From the IMG/VR virus record IMGVR_UViG_3300042502_001233, positions 62,001 through 126,000 of that record: a stretch of DNA of 64,000 nt; one strand, given 5' to 3'. The notes beneath the pieces are model-generated. The model saw nothing but the letters and a program-made list of their open reading frames with translations, made no database searches and had not been told where the DNA came from. The translations under genes and the position numbers were made by a program. This document shows, piece after piece, positions 17,576 through 26,096 of this stretch (within the stretch, counting starts at the first letter, position 1; every line of letters begins with the position of its first letter).

Positions 17576-19816
17576 TTAATTAAACGTTATTTTAGAAATA
17601 TTATTTTCTTTAACTACAGTAACCACGTTTGTTGACCAATCTTTAACGATATCGTTGTGTGTGATAAAGAAGACGATATCATACATGTCTTTTACTTTAT
17701 CAAACAACAATTTTAGTTTTTCAAGATTCTCTGGAGCCACTTTACCCAACACTTCATCAAACGTGATGAAATTAGGCATAGGTAGTGTAGATAGTTTCCC
17801 TAACACAGCTCTTAAAGCTAGACTGGCAGCAGTTTTTTCTAACCCAGACCCAGATTTTAACAATTTAGAAACACCATCTTTAACTAATAAAAACTGAACA
17901 TCGTTCTTATCATTAATAAATATCTCGATTTCAAAATCTACAACATCTTCTAATAATCTTTGAACTTCTGAATTGATAATTGGGAGAACTGAGCGCAATA
18001 CCAATTTACTAATACCTTTCTTACCAACCAATTCAATGTATATCTTGAATATTTTATCAACTTCCTCTTCTTTTTTTATAGTTTCAATAAGTTTTGTTTT
18101 TATACCAATATGTTCCGCGTTGATTCTTAATTCACTTTGAACTCGTTCGAGACTTCTGATTGTTTCGTCTTTTTTATATTCTTTAACTGAAATATCTGTA
18201 ATAATTTTACTAACAGCTATTTCTACACTACGATTTAACTCTATCGCTTCTAAGTTTAATTTGTATTTTTTCAAATCATTCTTTTTAGCAACAATTTGGT
18301 TTCTTAATCCACCCATTTCAACTTCTAATCTGTCTATATCCAATTCCTTTTTACCAATTGAGTCAGCAATTTTTTTGGTTTCATTTAAACCTTCAAGTTC
18401 TTCAACACTTTTTAAAAGTTTATCAGTAAGTTCTTTTACTTCTTTGTTTATTTTTTCAATCTCAACCTCATGTTTAGCTATATGTGCTGAATTATCAACA
18501 TCATCTAATTTTCTGTTACATGATTGACAAATACCACCAGCAATTAAATCGGATACAACTTTTTTAAGTCTTTTTGATTCGGCTTCTTTAACTGCTTTAT
18601 CCATATTTAATTTACTACCTAATTTTGTCAACTCATGATGTCTATCTTCATCAAATTCAATTTTACCTATCTCTTCGATTTCACTTTTTATAGTTGTTAC
18701 TTTACCACTTAACTCAACACCTTTATCAATGAGTGTTTTAATGTCATCTTCAAGTCTTTGGGGGTTTAATTCTGAAATTGTTACGTCAATTTTCTCTTTG
18801 CTGTTTAAAAGAGCATCTTTTTCAGTTTTTAACTCTTCCAAAGATTGTTTAGTAGTTTCTAAAGTTTCGTTTAAATCACTTTCTAGTTCATTATAGTTCA
18901 CAATTTTTTCATTGTGGTCATCAATCTCTTGACCCAAAGTTATAACGTCGTATTCGTTAGATTTCTTCTTTTTAGAAAATTCATTGTACATCGTTCTAGC
19001 GATTGCTTCTTTCATTTCAAGAACTTCTAAACCAATAAGTCTAGTAAGTATCTTACCAGATTCAGTTGTTGTCAATCCAATCAATTCATCCAAGTTTTTT
19101 TCAGTAGCCAAAACCAACATTTCAAAATCTTTTTCGGTTCCGATGCTTTCTTTTAACTTTTTAGTTGTTTGTTTGGCATCTTCTTCATTTAATTCCTCTT
19201 CTTCACCATCTGGTTGAATTTTATAGTAGTTTACTTTGTTTACAACAGTCCAACCACCACCTTTTTTAGAAGTACGTCTCATTTTTCTTTCAATGATAGT
19301 CTCTTCACCTTCAATTTCAATCATTCCACGAACAACCAACTCATTCTTTTCAGAGTATGTGTTGAATATTTGCTCGTTGGTATCTGTTTTGGTTGTACTA
19401 CCATGAAGCAAAAACTTAATAGCGTCGATTGTAAGCGTTGTATTATGTGATACGATTCCATTGGTATAATATTGATGGACTTCGGCTACTTGAATATCGT
19501 ATAATGTATCTTTTTCTTTTAATAATTCAATAGTAGCAACAGCACTATCACCATCGTTTGTTTGAATCATCTCACCAACTTTTATCTCTTTAAGGACAAC
19601 AAACTCATCATCCGTTTTCTTTAAACGATGATAATCAGCACCTTCAACAAACATTCCGTTTTGAAGTTCACATCTATAAACATCAGCATTTTCTTCTGTA
19701 ATTCCACACCACTCAATGTCTTTATAACCATATGGTGTATCAACTTTAAATCCTAGGTCTCCGTATTTTTGGTAAATATTATTTAATTCACCAATTGTAA
19801 TTTCTTTATTCTCCAT
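17576..19816 (-). CDS. sbcC: SbcC/Rad50 (gp46-like) ATPase, C-terminal fragment preceded by split-intein C part
   Basis: After ...GIVSHN comes TTLTIDAIKF (end of Walker A), coiled coils, CQSC zinc hook, SGSGLEK signature, ITFDEVLG Walker B; likely start MENKEIT at 19816. Confidence 0.9.
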   Translation of the reverse strand: MENKEITIGELNNIYQKYGDLGFKVDTPYGYKDIEWCGITEENADVYRCELQNGMFVEGADYHRLKKTDDEFVVLKEIKVGEMIQTNDGDSAVATIELLKEKDTLYDIQVAEVHQYYTNGIVSHNTTLTIDAIKFLLHGSTTKTDTNEQIFNTYSEKNELVVRGMIEIEGEETIIERKMRRTSKKGGGWTVVNKVNYYKIQPDGEEEELNEEDAKQTTKKLKESIGTEKDFEMLVLATEKNLDELIGLTTTESGKILTRLIGLEVLEMKEAIARTMYNEFSKKKKSNEYDVITLGQEIDDHNEKIVNYNELESDLNETLETTKQSLEELKTEKDALLNSKEKIDVTISELNPQRLEDDIKTLIDKGVELSGKVTTIKSEIEEIGKIEFDEDRHHELTKLGSKLNMDKAVKEAESKRLKKVVSDLIAGGICQSCNRKLDDVDNSAHIAKHEVEIEKINKEVKELTDKLLKSVEELEGLNETKKIADSIGKKELDIDRLEVEMGGLRNQIVAKKNDLKKYKLNLEAIELNRSVEIAVSKIITDISVKEYKKDETIRSLERVQSELRINAEHIGIKTKLIETIKKEEEVDKIFKIYIELVGKKGISKLVLRSVLPIINSEVQRLLEDVVDFEIEIFINDKNDVQFLLVKDGVSKLLKSGSGLEKTAASLALRAVLGKLSTLPMPNFITFDEVLGKVAPENLEKLKLLFDKVKDMYDIVFFITHNDIVKDWSTNVVTVVKENNISKITFN
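19442..19816 (-). mobile_element. Split intein C part (125 aa) of sbcC
   Basis: ITIGEL, EGADYHRL (block B-like His), LYDIQV (block F), YYTNGIVSHN/T (block G, His-Asn followed by Thr). Confidence 0.9.
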
Positions 19817-20021
19817 CTTTTTTATATAAATTAATTTCTTCAATTTCAAATTCAATACCACGAAGTTTATCTTTAGATTCAATACGGTTATTAATTAAAT
19901 CAAACACAGTTTCAATTTGTAAAAAAGGGCTATCGCCACTAATTATTACTAGGTATTGTATTCTTCTATATGATTTTTGTGTATATTTATAAACACCTTT
20001 TTTAATTTTATTTATTTCCAT
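19806..20021 (-). CDS. Small hypothetical protein (71 aa) inside the sbcC interruption
   Basis: Overlaps the endonuclease stop by 14 nt and the IntC start by 11 nt. Confidence 0.55.
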   Translation of the reverse strand: MEINKIKKGVYKYTQKSYRRIQYLVIISGDSPFLQIETVFDLINNRIESKDKLRGIEFEIEEINLYKKDGE

Positions 20022-21024
20022 TTTTTAAAAATTTTTTACATTTATTTATTATCTCTTGTTTGTTTTTTTTATATTCGGAATCCCAAACAACTAAAACTTC
20101 AAAACCTTTATTATTAGCTATTAACATTTTTTGTTTATCTTTATCCCAAATATCTTTAGCTGTTAAGTCTTTTCTAAAAGGGTTTGGATAATCATCTTTA
20201 TCATATTTATTTGGATTACCATGATAATCATCACCATTATACTCAATTATTTTTTTATTTTTTAAGTCAGTAAAATCATATCTATAAAAACCATTATCAT
20301 CAGTTAAAACAAATTCACCACCTTTTTTTGCAAAAAGAAAATAATTAATATCATTAATGTCAACTTTTTCTATTAACGTATAAAACAACTCTTGACTTAC
20401 TTCGGAATAACCAGATTTTAATTTACCATTTTTATAAAGTGTTTTTTGCCATTTTATTTGTCTTTCATTAAACTTAACTAACCCTTCTTCTGAACCATAT
20501 TTTTTAATACAGGTTTTTAAACTAAACGTTTGTTGTCTTTTAGAAACCATTTGTTTACTTTCTTTATCATCAAAACCTTTATTTAACCAATATTGGATAT
20601 TAGCACTTCCAAGTTTACCAGCGGCACTTCTTTTACCTTCTCGTTCTCCCCATTTTTTAGTACCTTCTTTTTCACCAAACCTAGCTATACAACCTCTTAA
20701 AGAAACCATTTTTTGACCTTCAATTTGTAGTATCGCTTCTTCTTCGGTATAACCATTTTTAACCCAATATTCAATATTTACTGGTCTTAAAGTTCTAATG
20801 TGGTCTTCAATTTTGTTTTCATTTAAACCTCTATCTATCCAATATTGTTTTGAATAAGGTGAACCTTTTGGTATTACAATCCCTAAATTTTTTAACCTAC
20901 TAGTTATAACACTAGGGTCAACATTAAATCTTAGTGCTATCTTATTAGTAGATTCAAAATTCTCATTATACAATTTTAACATTATTTTGATTTCATCATC
21001 ACTAAATTCTTTTCTTTTTCCCAT
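20008..21024 (-). CDS. Free-standing Vsr-like (EDxHD/DUF559-type) homing endonuclease with N-terminal HTH and repeated YW..xG motifs
   Basis: IIEYNGDDYHGNP...WDKD..K...GFEVLVVWDSEY; repeats YWIDRG / YWVKNG / YWLNKG and SL..CI..(F/Y)G..EG. Confidence 0.8.
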   Translation of the reverse strand: MGKRKEFSDDEIKIMLKLYNENFESTNKIALRFNVDPSVITSRLKNLGIVIPKGSPYSKQYWIDRGLNENKIEDHIRTLRPVNIEYWVKNGYTEEEAILQIEGQKMVSLRGCIARFGEKEGTKKWGEREGKRSAAGKLGSANIQYWLNKGFDDKESKQMVSKRQQTFSLKTCIKKYGSEEGLVKFNERQIKWQKTLYKNGKLKSGYSEVSQELFYTLIEKVDINDINYFLFAKKGGEFVLTDDNGFYRYDFTDLKNKKIIEYNGDDYHGNPNKYDKDDYPNPFRKDLTAKDIWDKDKQKMLIANNKGFEVLVVWDSEYKKNKQEIINKCKKFLKNGNK

Positions 21025-21055
21025 TTTAACTTTTATATCTATAATTATTATTTAC

Positions 21056-21065
21056 TATAAATATA
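21056..21065 (-). promoter_or_regulatory. Late-type motif TATATTTATA upstream of the sbcC-inserted endonuclease
   Basis: Same core ATTTAT as structural-gene motif. Confidence 0.5.
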
Positions 21066-21100
21066 ACCGTTTAACCAAAAAGGTAAAGACAAAGAAATAA

Positions 21101-21682
21101 TTATTTTAGTTCATCTGGTAAAAAACCTAACTTTTTAATGATTTCATTTTTGTTAAATTGTATATTAACCTTAGTATCAGCTCTAACGCATTTACCACCT
21201 TGGTTAGCTGGAATAGAGTTAACGATAGTTAATCCATTTAAACGGCTAAAAGGTACGTAATTCTGTTCGCCAAAAGATAAGAAGTTATCAATCATAATCC
21301 ATTTGATGGCCCATGATTTATGTTGAATATTGTTTAGGTCAATATTTAGTTCACCGTTAACTCTTTCATCTAATGCAAGTATTCTTTTAAAATCAACATT
21401 TTTGTTATCTCTTTCAATAAGCTCTTTCATAAGGGCTCTTTGATAACTTATGTCCATAATGTTTTCAATACCAGCACCTGTAATCTCAACCATATCGCCT
21501 TTGTCAGTTTTTCTGACTGGACGATAGATTACGTTGATATTGTTTTTGTTAACCCCGTACTTAGTAGCAAAGTAAGTTTTGATTCTATTCTTTGCTTCAC
21601 GACTATAGTTGTGTGGTTGGTCTGACCATTCTACCTTAACTTTAGAATTTGGAGATAAAATTTTCATTTCGTTTTTCATCAT
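21101..21682 (-). CDS. sbcC: SbcC/Rad50 N-terminal fragment ending in split-intein N part
   Basis: IKWIMIDNFLSFGEQN...LNGLTIVNSIPANQGGK (Walker A start), then CVRADTKVNI..., then stop. Confidence 0.9.
   Translation of the reverse strand: MMKNEMKILSPNSKVKVEWSDQPHNYSREAKNRIKTYFATKYGVNKNNINVIYRPVRKTDKGDMVEITGAGIENIMDISYQRALMKELIERDNKNVDFKRILALDERVNGELNIDLNNIQHKSWAIKWIMIDNFLSFGEQNYVPFSRLNGLTIVNSIPANQGGKCVRADTKVNIQFNKNEIIKKLGFLPDELK
21104..21190 (-). mobile_element. Split intein N part (29 aa) of sbcC
   Basis: CVRADTKVNIQFNKNEIIKKLGFLPDELK; block A-like C-x3-DT-x-V immediately after the Walker A Lys. Confidence 0.85.
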
Positions 21683-21696
21683 ATTTTTTTTTATAA

Positions 21697-21704
21697 CAAA
21701 TATA
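21697..21704 (-). promoter_or_regulatory. Bacteroidota-type -7 element (TATATTTG) upstream of sbcC-N
   Basis: Exact TAnnTTTG match. Confidence 0.6.
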
Positions 21705-21779
21705 CGAAATATTTATTAAAAATACAATTAAAATCGTATTTTTTAATAAAACTAGATATTTATAAATAAAAACATTATT

Positions 21780-21950
21780 ATGAGAAAAAAACTAAATGAA
21801 TCAGATAAAAAAGTAAAATTAACCACGACAATAAACCCTAAGCTATATAATATTATATATAATAGAGAAACAAACTTATCAAAATATATTGAAAAATTAG
21901 TTTATAATGATTTAATTAAAAATAACGAAATTGAAACTTTTTATTTATAA
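21780..21950 (+). CDS. Small ribbon-helix-helix-like protein (56 aa; absent from ORF track)
   Basis: MRKKLNESDKKVKLTTTINPKLYNIIYNRETNLSKYIEKLVYNDLIKNNEIETFYL; strand-helix-helix pattern; GATATTTATA at 21755-21764; TAATG overlap with the HNH gene. Confidence 0.6.
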   Translation: MRKKLNESDKKVKLTTTINPKLYNIIYNRETNLSKYIEKLVYNDLIKNNEIETFYL

Positions 21951-22462
21951 TGGGGAAACCAAATCTATATAATACATACGAAGAACGATTGGAAGCTAGG
22001 AGAGAAACGGTAAGAGCTTATTATCAAAGAAATAAAGAAAAATGTGCTGAACGTAAAAAAATTTACAATCAAAAAAATAAAGTTGAATTGCAAAAGAAAA
22101 GAAACGAATATAGAAAAAAAAGAAAAGAAACTGATGAACTATATAAACTAACAAATTCAATTAGACGTAATATAAATAACGCATTTAAACGAAATGGGTA
22201 TAATAAAACATCTAAAACATTTGAGTTATTATCTTGTTCTTTTGAAGAATTCAAAACATATCTTGAATCATCGTGGGAATCATGGATGAACTGGGATAAT
22301 TATGGGTTATATAATGGAAAACCAAATTATGGTTGGGATATTGACCATATTATACCATCTTCTAGTGCAATGACAGAAGAGGAATTAATTAAATTAAACC
22401 ATTTTACTAACCTACAACCACTTTGTAGTTATATTAATAGAAACATAAAAAGGGATTATTAA
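21950..22462 (+). CDS. Free-standing HNH endonuclease
   Basis: GWDIDHIIP...LNHFTNLQPLCSYIN; basic N-terminal helix. Confidence 0.85.
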   Translation: MGKPNLYNTYEERLEARRETVRAYYQRNKEKCAERKKIYNQKNKVELQKKRNEYRKKRKETDELYKLTNSIRRNINNAFKRNGYNKTSKTFELLSCSFEEFKTYLESSWESWMNWDNYGLYNGKPNYGWDIDHIIPSSSAMTEEELIKLNHFTNLQPLCSYINRNIKRDY

Positions 22463-22519
22463 GTTTATACCCAATATACTTTGATTTTAGAGTACTGTGA
22501 AATTAATTGTGTGTCTGTA

Positions 22520-22924
22520 TTACTCACCATATAAATCTTTTTTCTTTTTATTTTTTTCTTGTTCTAATTCTATTTTTAGTTTCTTGTGTTCGATTTCAAG
22601 GTCACCCAACTCTTTTAATGCTTTGTCTTTAGCCTCAGAAGCTAATTTACCGTTTTTGTTTAGTTTATCAATTTCTTTTGTTAGTTTTTGCATTTCTTTG
22701 TTGTCGGAAATAAAAACTTCTTTTTCAACCGTTACTTCCACAATCTTTTCAACCTCTACAATCTTTTCAACAATTTTTTCTTTTTGTTCAAAAGGTGTAG
22801 AACCAAACTTTGTAGCTGTAAAACCTTGTTTTAAACACTTGGTAATAAACTCATCAATATTGGTTATGTTGTTGGCTCTACAGTAATCCCAGATTTCATC
22901 TTTAAGTTCTTTATTCACCTCCAT
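22520..22924 (-). CDS. Hypothetical coiled-coil protein with EKIVE repeats
   Basis: EKIVEKIVEVEKIVEVTVEKEV; DNA repeat caatcttttcaac at 22741 and 22759. Confidence 0.75.
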   Translation of the reverse strand: MEVNKELKDEIWDYCRANNITNIDEFITKCLKQGFTATKFGSTPFEQKEKIVEKIVEVEKIVEVTVEKEVFISDNKEMQKLTKEIDKLNKNGKLASEAKDKALKELGDLEIEHKKLKIELEQEKNKKKKDLYGE

Positions 22925-23141
22925 CTAACAAGCGTGTTACGTCTTCTTGCGTTTGGTGGAACAAACATATCTCTTGTGAGTGTTGGTCCACATATAGCGC
23001 TATAATTGGTTTGTCTACACGATAAATCATACTATCGTTATCACTAGGGTCTAAATACCCAACTTCTCCGTTCACAACTGACCATTCACCCATTTCCTCT
23101 GGTAATCCGTTAATGAACCCTTTTAGTTCGTTTAATGTCAT
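22911..23141 (-). CDS. Hypothetical protein
   Basis: TAATG-coupled to sbcD-C. Confidence 0.7.
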   Translation of the reverse strand: MTLNELKGFINGLPEEMGEWSVVNGEVGYLDPSDNDSMIYRVDKPIIALYVDQHSQEICLFHQTQEDVTRLLDGGE

Positions 23142-23371
23142 TATAAATTTGTTATTACCTCTGTCCCGTTTTCGAGGTCTTCAAGGGATTTTATTTTAAA
23201 TTGATAGTATGGTGATTTGTTATCAACATCGTGCTCTGTAAAGCTCTTAGAATCCAAATCCCACAATAAAAACCCATGTTTGGTTACATTCTCACCAAAG
23301 TTTTGTTGGATAAGACTAGAAGGCATAACAACTGGTATTATTTTTTTAATTTTAATTTTCTTTTTTTCCAT
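23141..23371 (-). CDS. sbcD: SbcD/Mre11 (gp47-like) nuclease, C-terminal fragment (76 aa, likely start MEKKK)
   Basis: IPVVMPSSLIQQNFGENVTKHGFLLWD corresponds to the (Y/M)xGSxxQxxFGE...KG region that follows motif V in SbcD. Confidence 0.8.
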   Translation of the reverse strand: MEKKKIKIKKIIPVVMPSSLIQQNFGENVTKHGFLLWDLDSKSFTEHDVDNKSPYYQFKIKSLEDLENGTEVITNL

Positions 23372-24281
23372 ATTCTTTAATTTTATTAAATAAAACATAC
23401 TTAAAATTTTTCTTTTTGATATCCGACTCCCAAAACCTAACCAAATTATAAGATTTGTCTTTAGCTAATTTATTTTTAAATTTATCATTTTCGACATTTA
23501 TTTGTTGTGTTTCAGTTAATATATCACTTTCATTATATTTTATTGGATTAACATGCCAATAATCACCATCAGCTTCTATTAACAAATTAAAATCGATTAG
23601 ATAAAAATCATAAGTTTTAAATTTATTTTCGTCATAATAAACATCATATTGTGTTTCAAATTTAACATTATTATCCATTAATAACTTACCAATTTTAACT
23701 TCAATACCGCTTTTTTTCATTTTTTTTAACCCATCTCTCATTAATTCAAATGACGTTTTACCGTATTTTTCTAAACATATGTTTTCCCTATTTTTTATTT
23801 GTTTTTCTAAAGTCAATATACATTCAACACCATATCGTTTTAAATTACTATTAATTCTTTTGTTATTAGATGTTTCATTAGTCCCCATCCAAAAACCATT
23901 ATCCTCAAAGAATTTTTCTTGACCAATTTTTACTTTTTCTTTATGTTCTTCGGTTTCCCATAATTTTTTAACCCTTTCAGAATTCCATTTTTTCCATTCA
24001 TCAGTATGTTTAATGTTATAAGCTGGGTTACCTTCTTTAAGATAAAGTTCTTTTTGGTGAGAATCTTTACAAACTCTAGAACAGTATTTTTTACCATTAT
24101 CTATTTTATTTGGTAATACTTCAAACTCTTTATCACATAATAAACAATTAATTTTAACTCTATCAACTTTTAACTTTTTATATCCAATATGTTGACATTC
24201 TATTGAACAATAAACTTTATTTTTAGTTTCTTTTTGACAATTTTTACAGTTATTCATTTCTCTAAATTTTTGTTGTATCAT
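23352..24281 (-). CDS. Free-standing Vsr-like (EDxHD/DUF559-type) homing endonuclease with N-terminal Cys-rich zinc-binding repeats
   Basis: CKNC...YCSIEC, CLLC...YCSRVC; YDFYLIDFNLLIEADGDYWHVNP...ND.FK...YNLVRFWESDI. Confidence 0.85.
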   Translation of the reverse strand: MIQQKFREMNNCKNCQKETKNKVYCSIECQHIGYKKLKVDRVKINCLLCDKEFEVLPNKIDNGKKYCSRVCKDSHQKELYLKEGNPAYNIKHTDEWKKWNSERVKKLWETEEHKEKVKIGQEKFFEDNGFWMGTNETSNNKRINSNLKRYGVECILTLEKQIKNRENICLEKYGKTSFELMRDGLKKMKKSGIEVKIGKLLMDNNVKFETQYDVYYDENKFKTYDFYLIDFNLLIEADGDYWHVNPIKYNESDILTETQQINVENDKFKNKLAKDKSYNLVRFWESDIKKKNFKYVLFNKIKEYGKKEN

Positions 24282-24289
24282 TATTTATT

Positions 24290-24298
24290 AATAAATAC
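24290..24298 (-). promoter_or_regulatory. Late-type motif GTATTTATT upstream of the sbcD-inserted endonuclease
   Basis: Same core as the structural-gene motif, within a 39-nt intergenic gap. Confidence 0.5.
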
Positions 24299-24320
24299 AA
24301 CAACAAAACTAAAAAGATAA

Positions 24321-25001
24321 TTATTCATCTAAAACCCACCCAATTTTTTCATATTCATATAATTCTTCTTCATATATTTCTTTAGTTTCCTTAAAAATTA
24401 AAACACCTCTTTTATGGATATCACCGCACATAACCATGTCACAACCTTTAAATATATCTAAATTATAACCATGTTCTATTTCGTAACCAATATCTGTAGT
24501 TGAACCAACTAATGGACCATGAAATAAACCTATATACGTTTTATCTTCACCAAACTGTACTCTAGCTGCTTCAATATCTGGCCTTGAATTACCTTCAAAA
24601 ATTGAATATACACACCAAACAACGTTGTCATCCAAATAACATTTAGATTCTTTGAAATAGTTTATTTCTTTGTCTGGAAGGAATTGTACCATTGGTGTGA
24701 TTGAATCCATACGGTCTTTGTTATTCTCTAACAAATCGTGGTTTCCAGCTATCATAACCACTGGGGCTATTTCTTCTAGTTTTCTAAGAAACCACGTACC
24801 AAGCAATAATTGCTCGTTTGAAATCACAATCTTTTGGTGAACCAAGTCACCAGCCACTACGATTCTAATTTCTTCTCTTTTGTAGTCAACCAATAAATCG
24901 GTTAAATCTGCCATAAGCGTTTTAAACACATCCAAGTACTCATCGTGCATTCGAAAAGTTCTTATGTGTATATCAGCTAAGTGAACTATCTTCTTTATCA
25001 T
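24321..25001 (-). CDS. sbcD: SbcD/Mre11 nuclease, N-terminal fragment
   Basis: All five metallophosphoesterase motifs: ADIH, AGD, GNHD, FHG, GDIH; ends in an acidic tail and a stop. Confidence 0.9.
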   Translation of the reverse strand: MIKKIVHLADIHIRTFRMHDEYLDVFKTLMADLTDLLVDYKREEIRIVVAGDLVHQKIVISNEQLLLGTWFLRKLEEIAPVVMIAGNHDLLENNKDRMDSITPMVQFLPDKEINYFKESKCYLDDNVVWCVYSIFEGNSRPDIEAARVQFGEDKTYIGLFHGPLVGSTTDIGYEIEHGYNLDIFKGCDMVMCGDIHKRGVLIFKETKEIYEEELYEYEKIGWVLDE

Positions 25002-25248
25002 TTTCTTCGTTGTATTTGTTTAATTTATAAGTGTATTTATCCATAATACCTATTCTATCTAATAATTCTTCTCTATCCATTAATAAAATAGATGCGATGC
25101 TTTCATGTAATAAAGCTACAGCGATAGCTTTGTCTGTACCATGTTTAATCTCATGAAGCAACGCTTCATGAAATTCATAATAACCATTATGAACTATTTT
25201 GTATAATTGTTCGTCGTTAAACGGTTCGTATAAACTTCTATTATACAT
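24973..25248 (-). CDS. Hypothetical protein
   Basis: Overlaps both neighbours in operon. Confidence 0.65.
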   Translation of the reverse strand: MYNRSLYEPFNDEQLYKIVHNGYYEFHEALLHEIKHGTDKAIAVALLHESIASILLMDREELLDRIGIMDKYTYKLNKYNEENDKEDSSLS

Positions 25249-26023
25249 TTTTCATAAGATTATAGTGGTGCATCTCAATAAGTTTTTTGGCCTCATGTTT
25301 AAGATACATTATTTGTATTTTTTGAAATGTCATCGTTGTTTTATCCCAATACCCAATACATATTTGTCTACATTTTCTGTGTGGAAATTCTAACTCATAC
25401 ATGTAAGCATATACACTCAACTGCAATGTATAAATTGACCATTGACATGCTTGTAAGTGGTCAAATGGTTTAAACAATGTTTCGTTTCCGAATGGGTTAA
25501 AGAAGTTGAATTCTCTGTTTGTTTTCCAATCCCAAACATCAAAAAAAGTGTCATCTATGTCAATAACTAAATCTGACATACCAGCCAACTCATATTGTTC
25601 AGCAAACATAATACGTTCTGGCCACATTGCAATACCTTCATCTATTTTTAGAGCTTCAAACCCGTCAATAACTTTCTTTTCAAATTGTCCATCTTCATCA
25701 TCTTTTGGGAAATACCATTTGTTGGCTAACAAATAACGTTCTACAATGTCGTGAACTTTGGTACCATATATATTGGCTTCGTCGTTAAGCATTTGCCAAT
25801 AATCTAATATTTGTTGTTGGTTTAAACCTATATAACGTTCTTGTTTGACTGTGTCTAATTGATTGACAATAGCGGCCGATACAGCCTCAGCGTCAAAGTG
25901 TGGTTCGATTGATGTAAGTGTAGTAGTAACCGACTTGTAAATTTTACCAGTGGTCCTATGATGATATTTGTGTTCTATCGGTTCCAGATATACTGGACCT
26001 TCCCATAATTTTGCTTTACTCAT
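25241..26023 (-). CDS. PD-(D/E)xK superfamily exonuclease (RecB/Cas4-like fold)
   Basis: SVTTTL, GTKVH, PERIMF...LAGMSDL, DWKT, YTLQLSVY motifs. Confidence 0.8.
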   Translation of the reverse strand: MSKAKLWEGPVYLEPIEHKYHHRTTGKIYKSVTTTLTSIEPHFDAEAVSAAIVNQLDTVKQERYIGLNQQQILDYWQMLNDEANIYGTKVHDIVERYLLANKWYFPKDDEDGQFEKKVIDGFEALKIDEGIAMWPERIMFAEQYELAGMSDLVIDIDDTFFDVWDWKTNREFNFFNPFGNETLFKPFDHLQACQWSIYTLQLSVYAYMYELEFPHRKCRQICIGYWDKTTMTFQKIQIMYLKHEAKKLIEMHHYNLMKNV

Positions 26024-26096
26024 TTATAATATTTTTTAATACAAATATACTACAAAATTGTTTATTTTGCAACTTTTATATGAATTATTTACTTGG

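Noticed and set aside
17576-19882. ORF-track start at 19882 for sbcC-C
   Set aside because: The extra 22 codons overlap the 71-aa ORF and lack intein features; ATG at 19816 gives a coherent IntC beginning at the ITIGEL block.
22741-22780. EKIVE tandem repeat as a contingency locus
   Set aside because: In-frame, short and degenerate; an ordinary low-complexity linker.
23352-24320. Group I intron or ribosomal bypass explaining the sbcD interruption
   Set aside because: Only 39 nt of AT-rich non-coding sequence, no P7/R/S core elements, and the C-half has its own in-frame ATG. Not formally excluded without RT-PCR.
25241-26023. Cas4 as part of a CRISPR system
   Set aside because: No cas1/cas2 or array nearby; standalone PD-(D/E)xK nucleases are routine in phage recombination modules.
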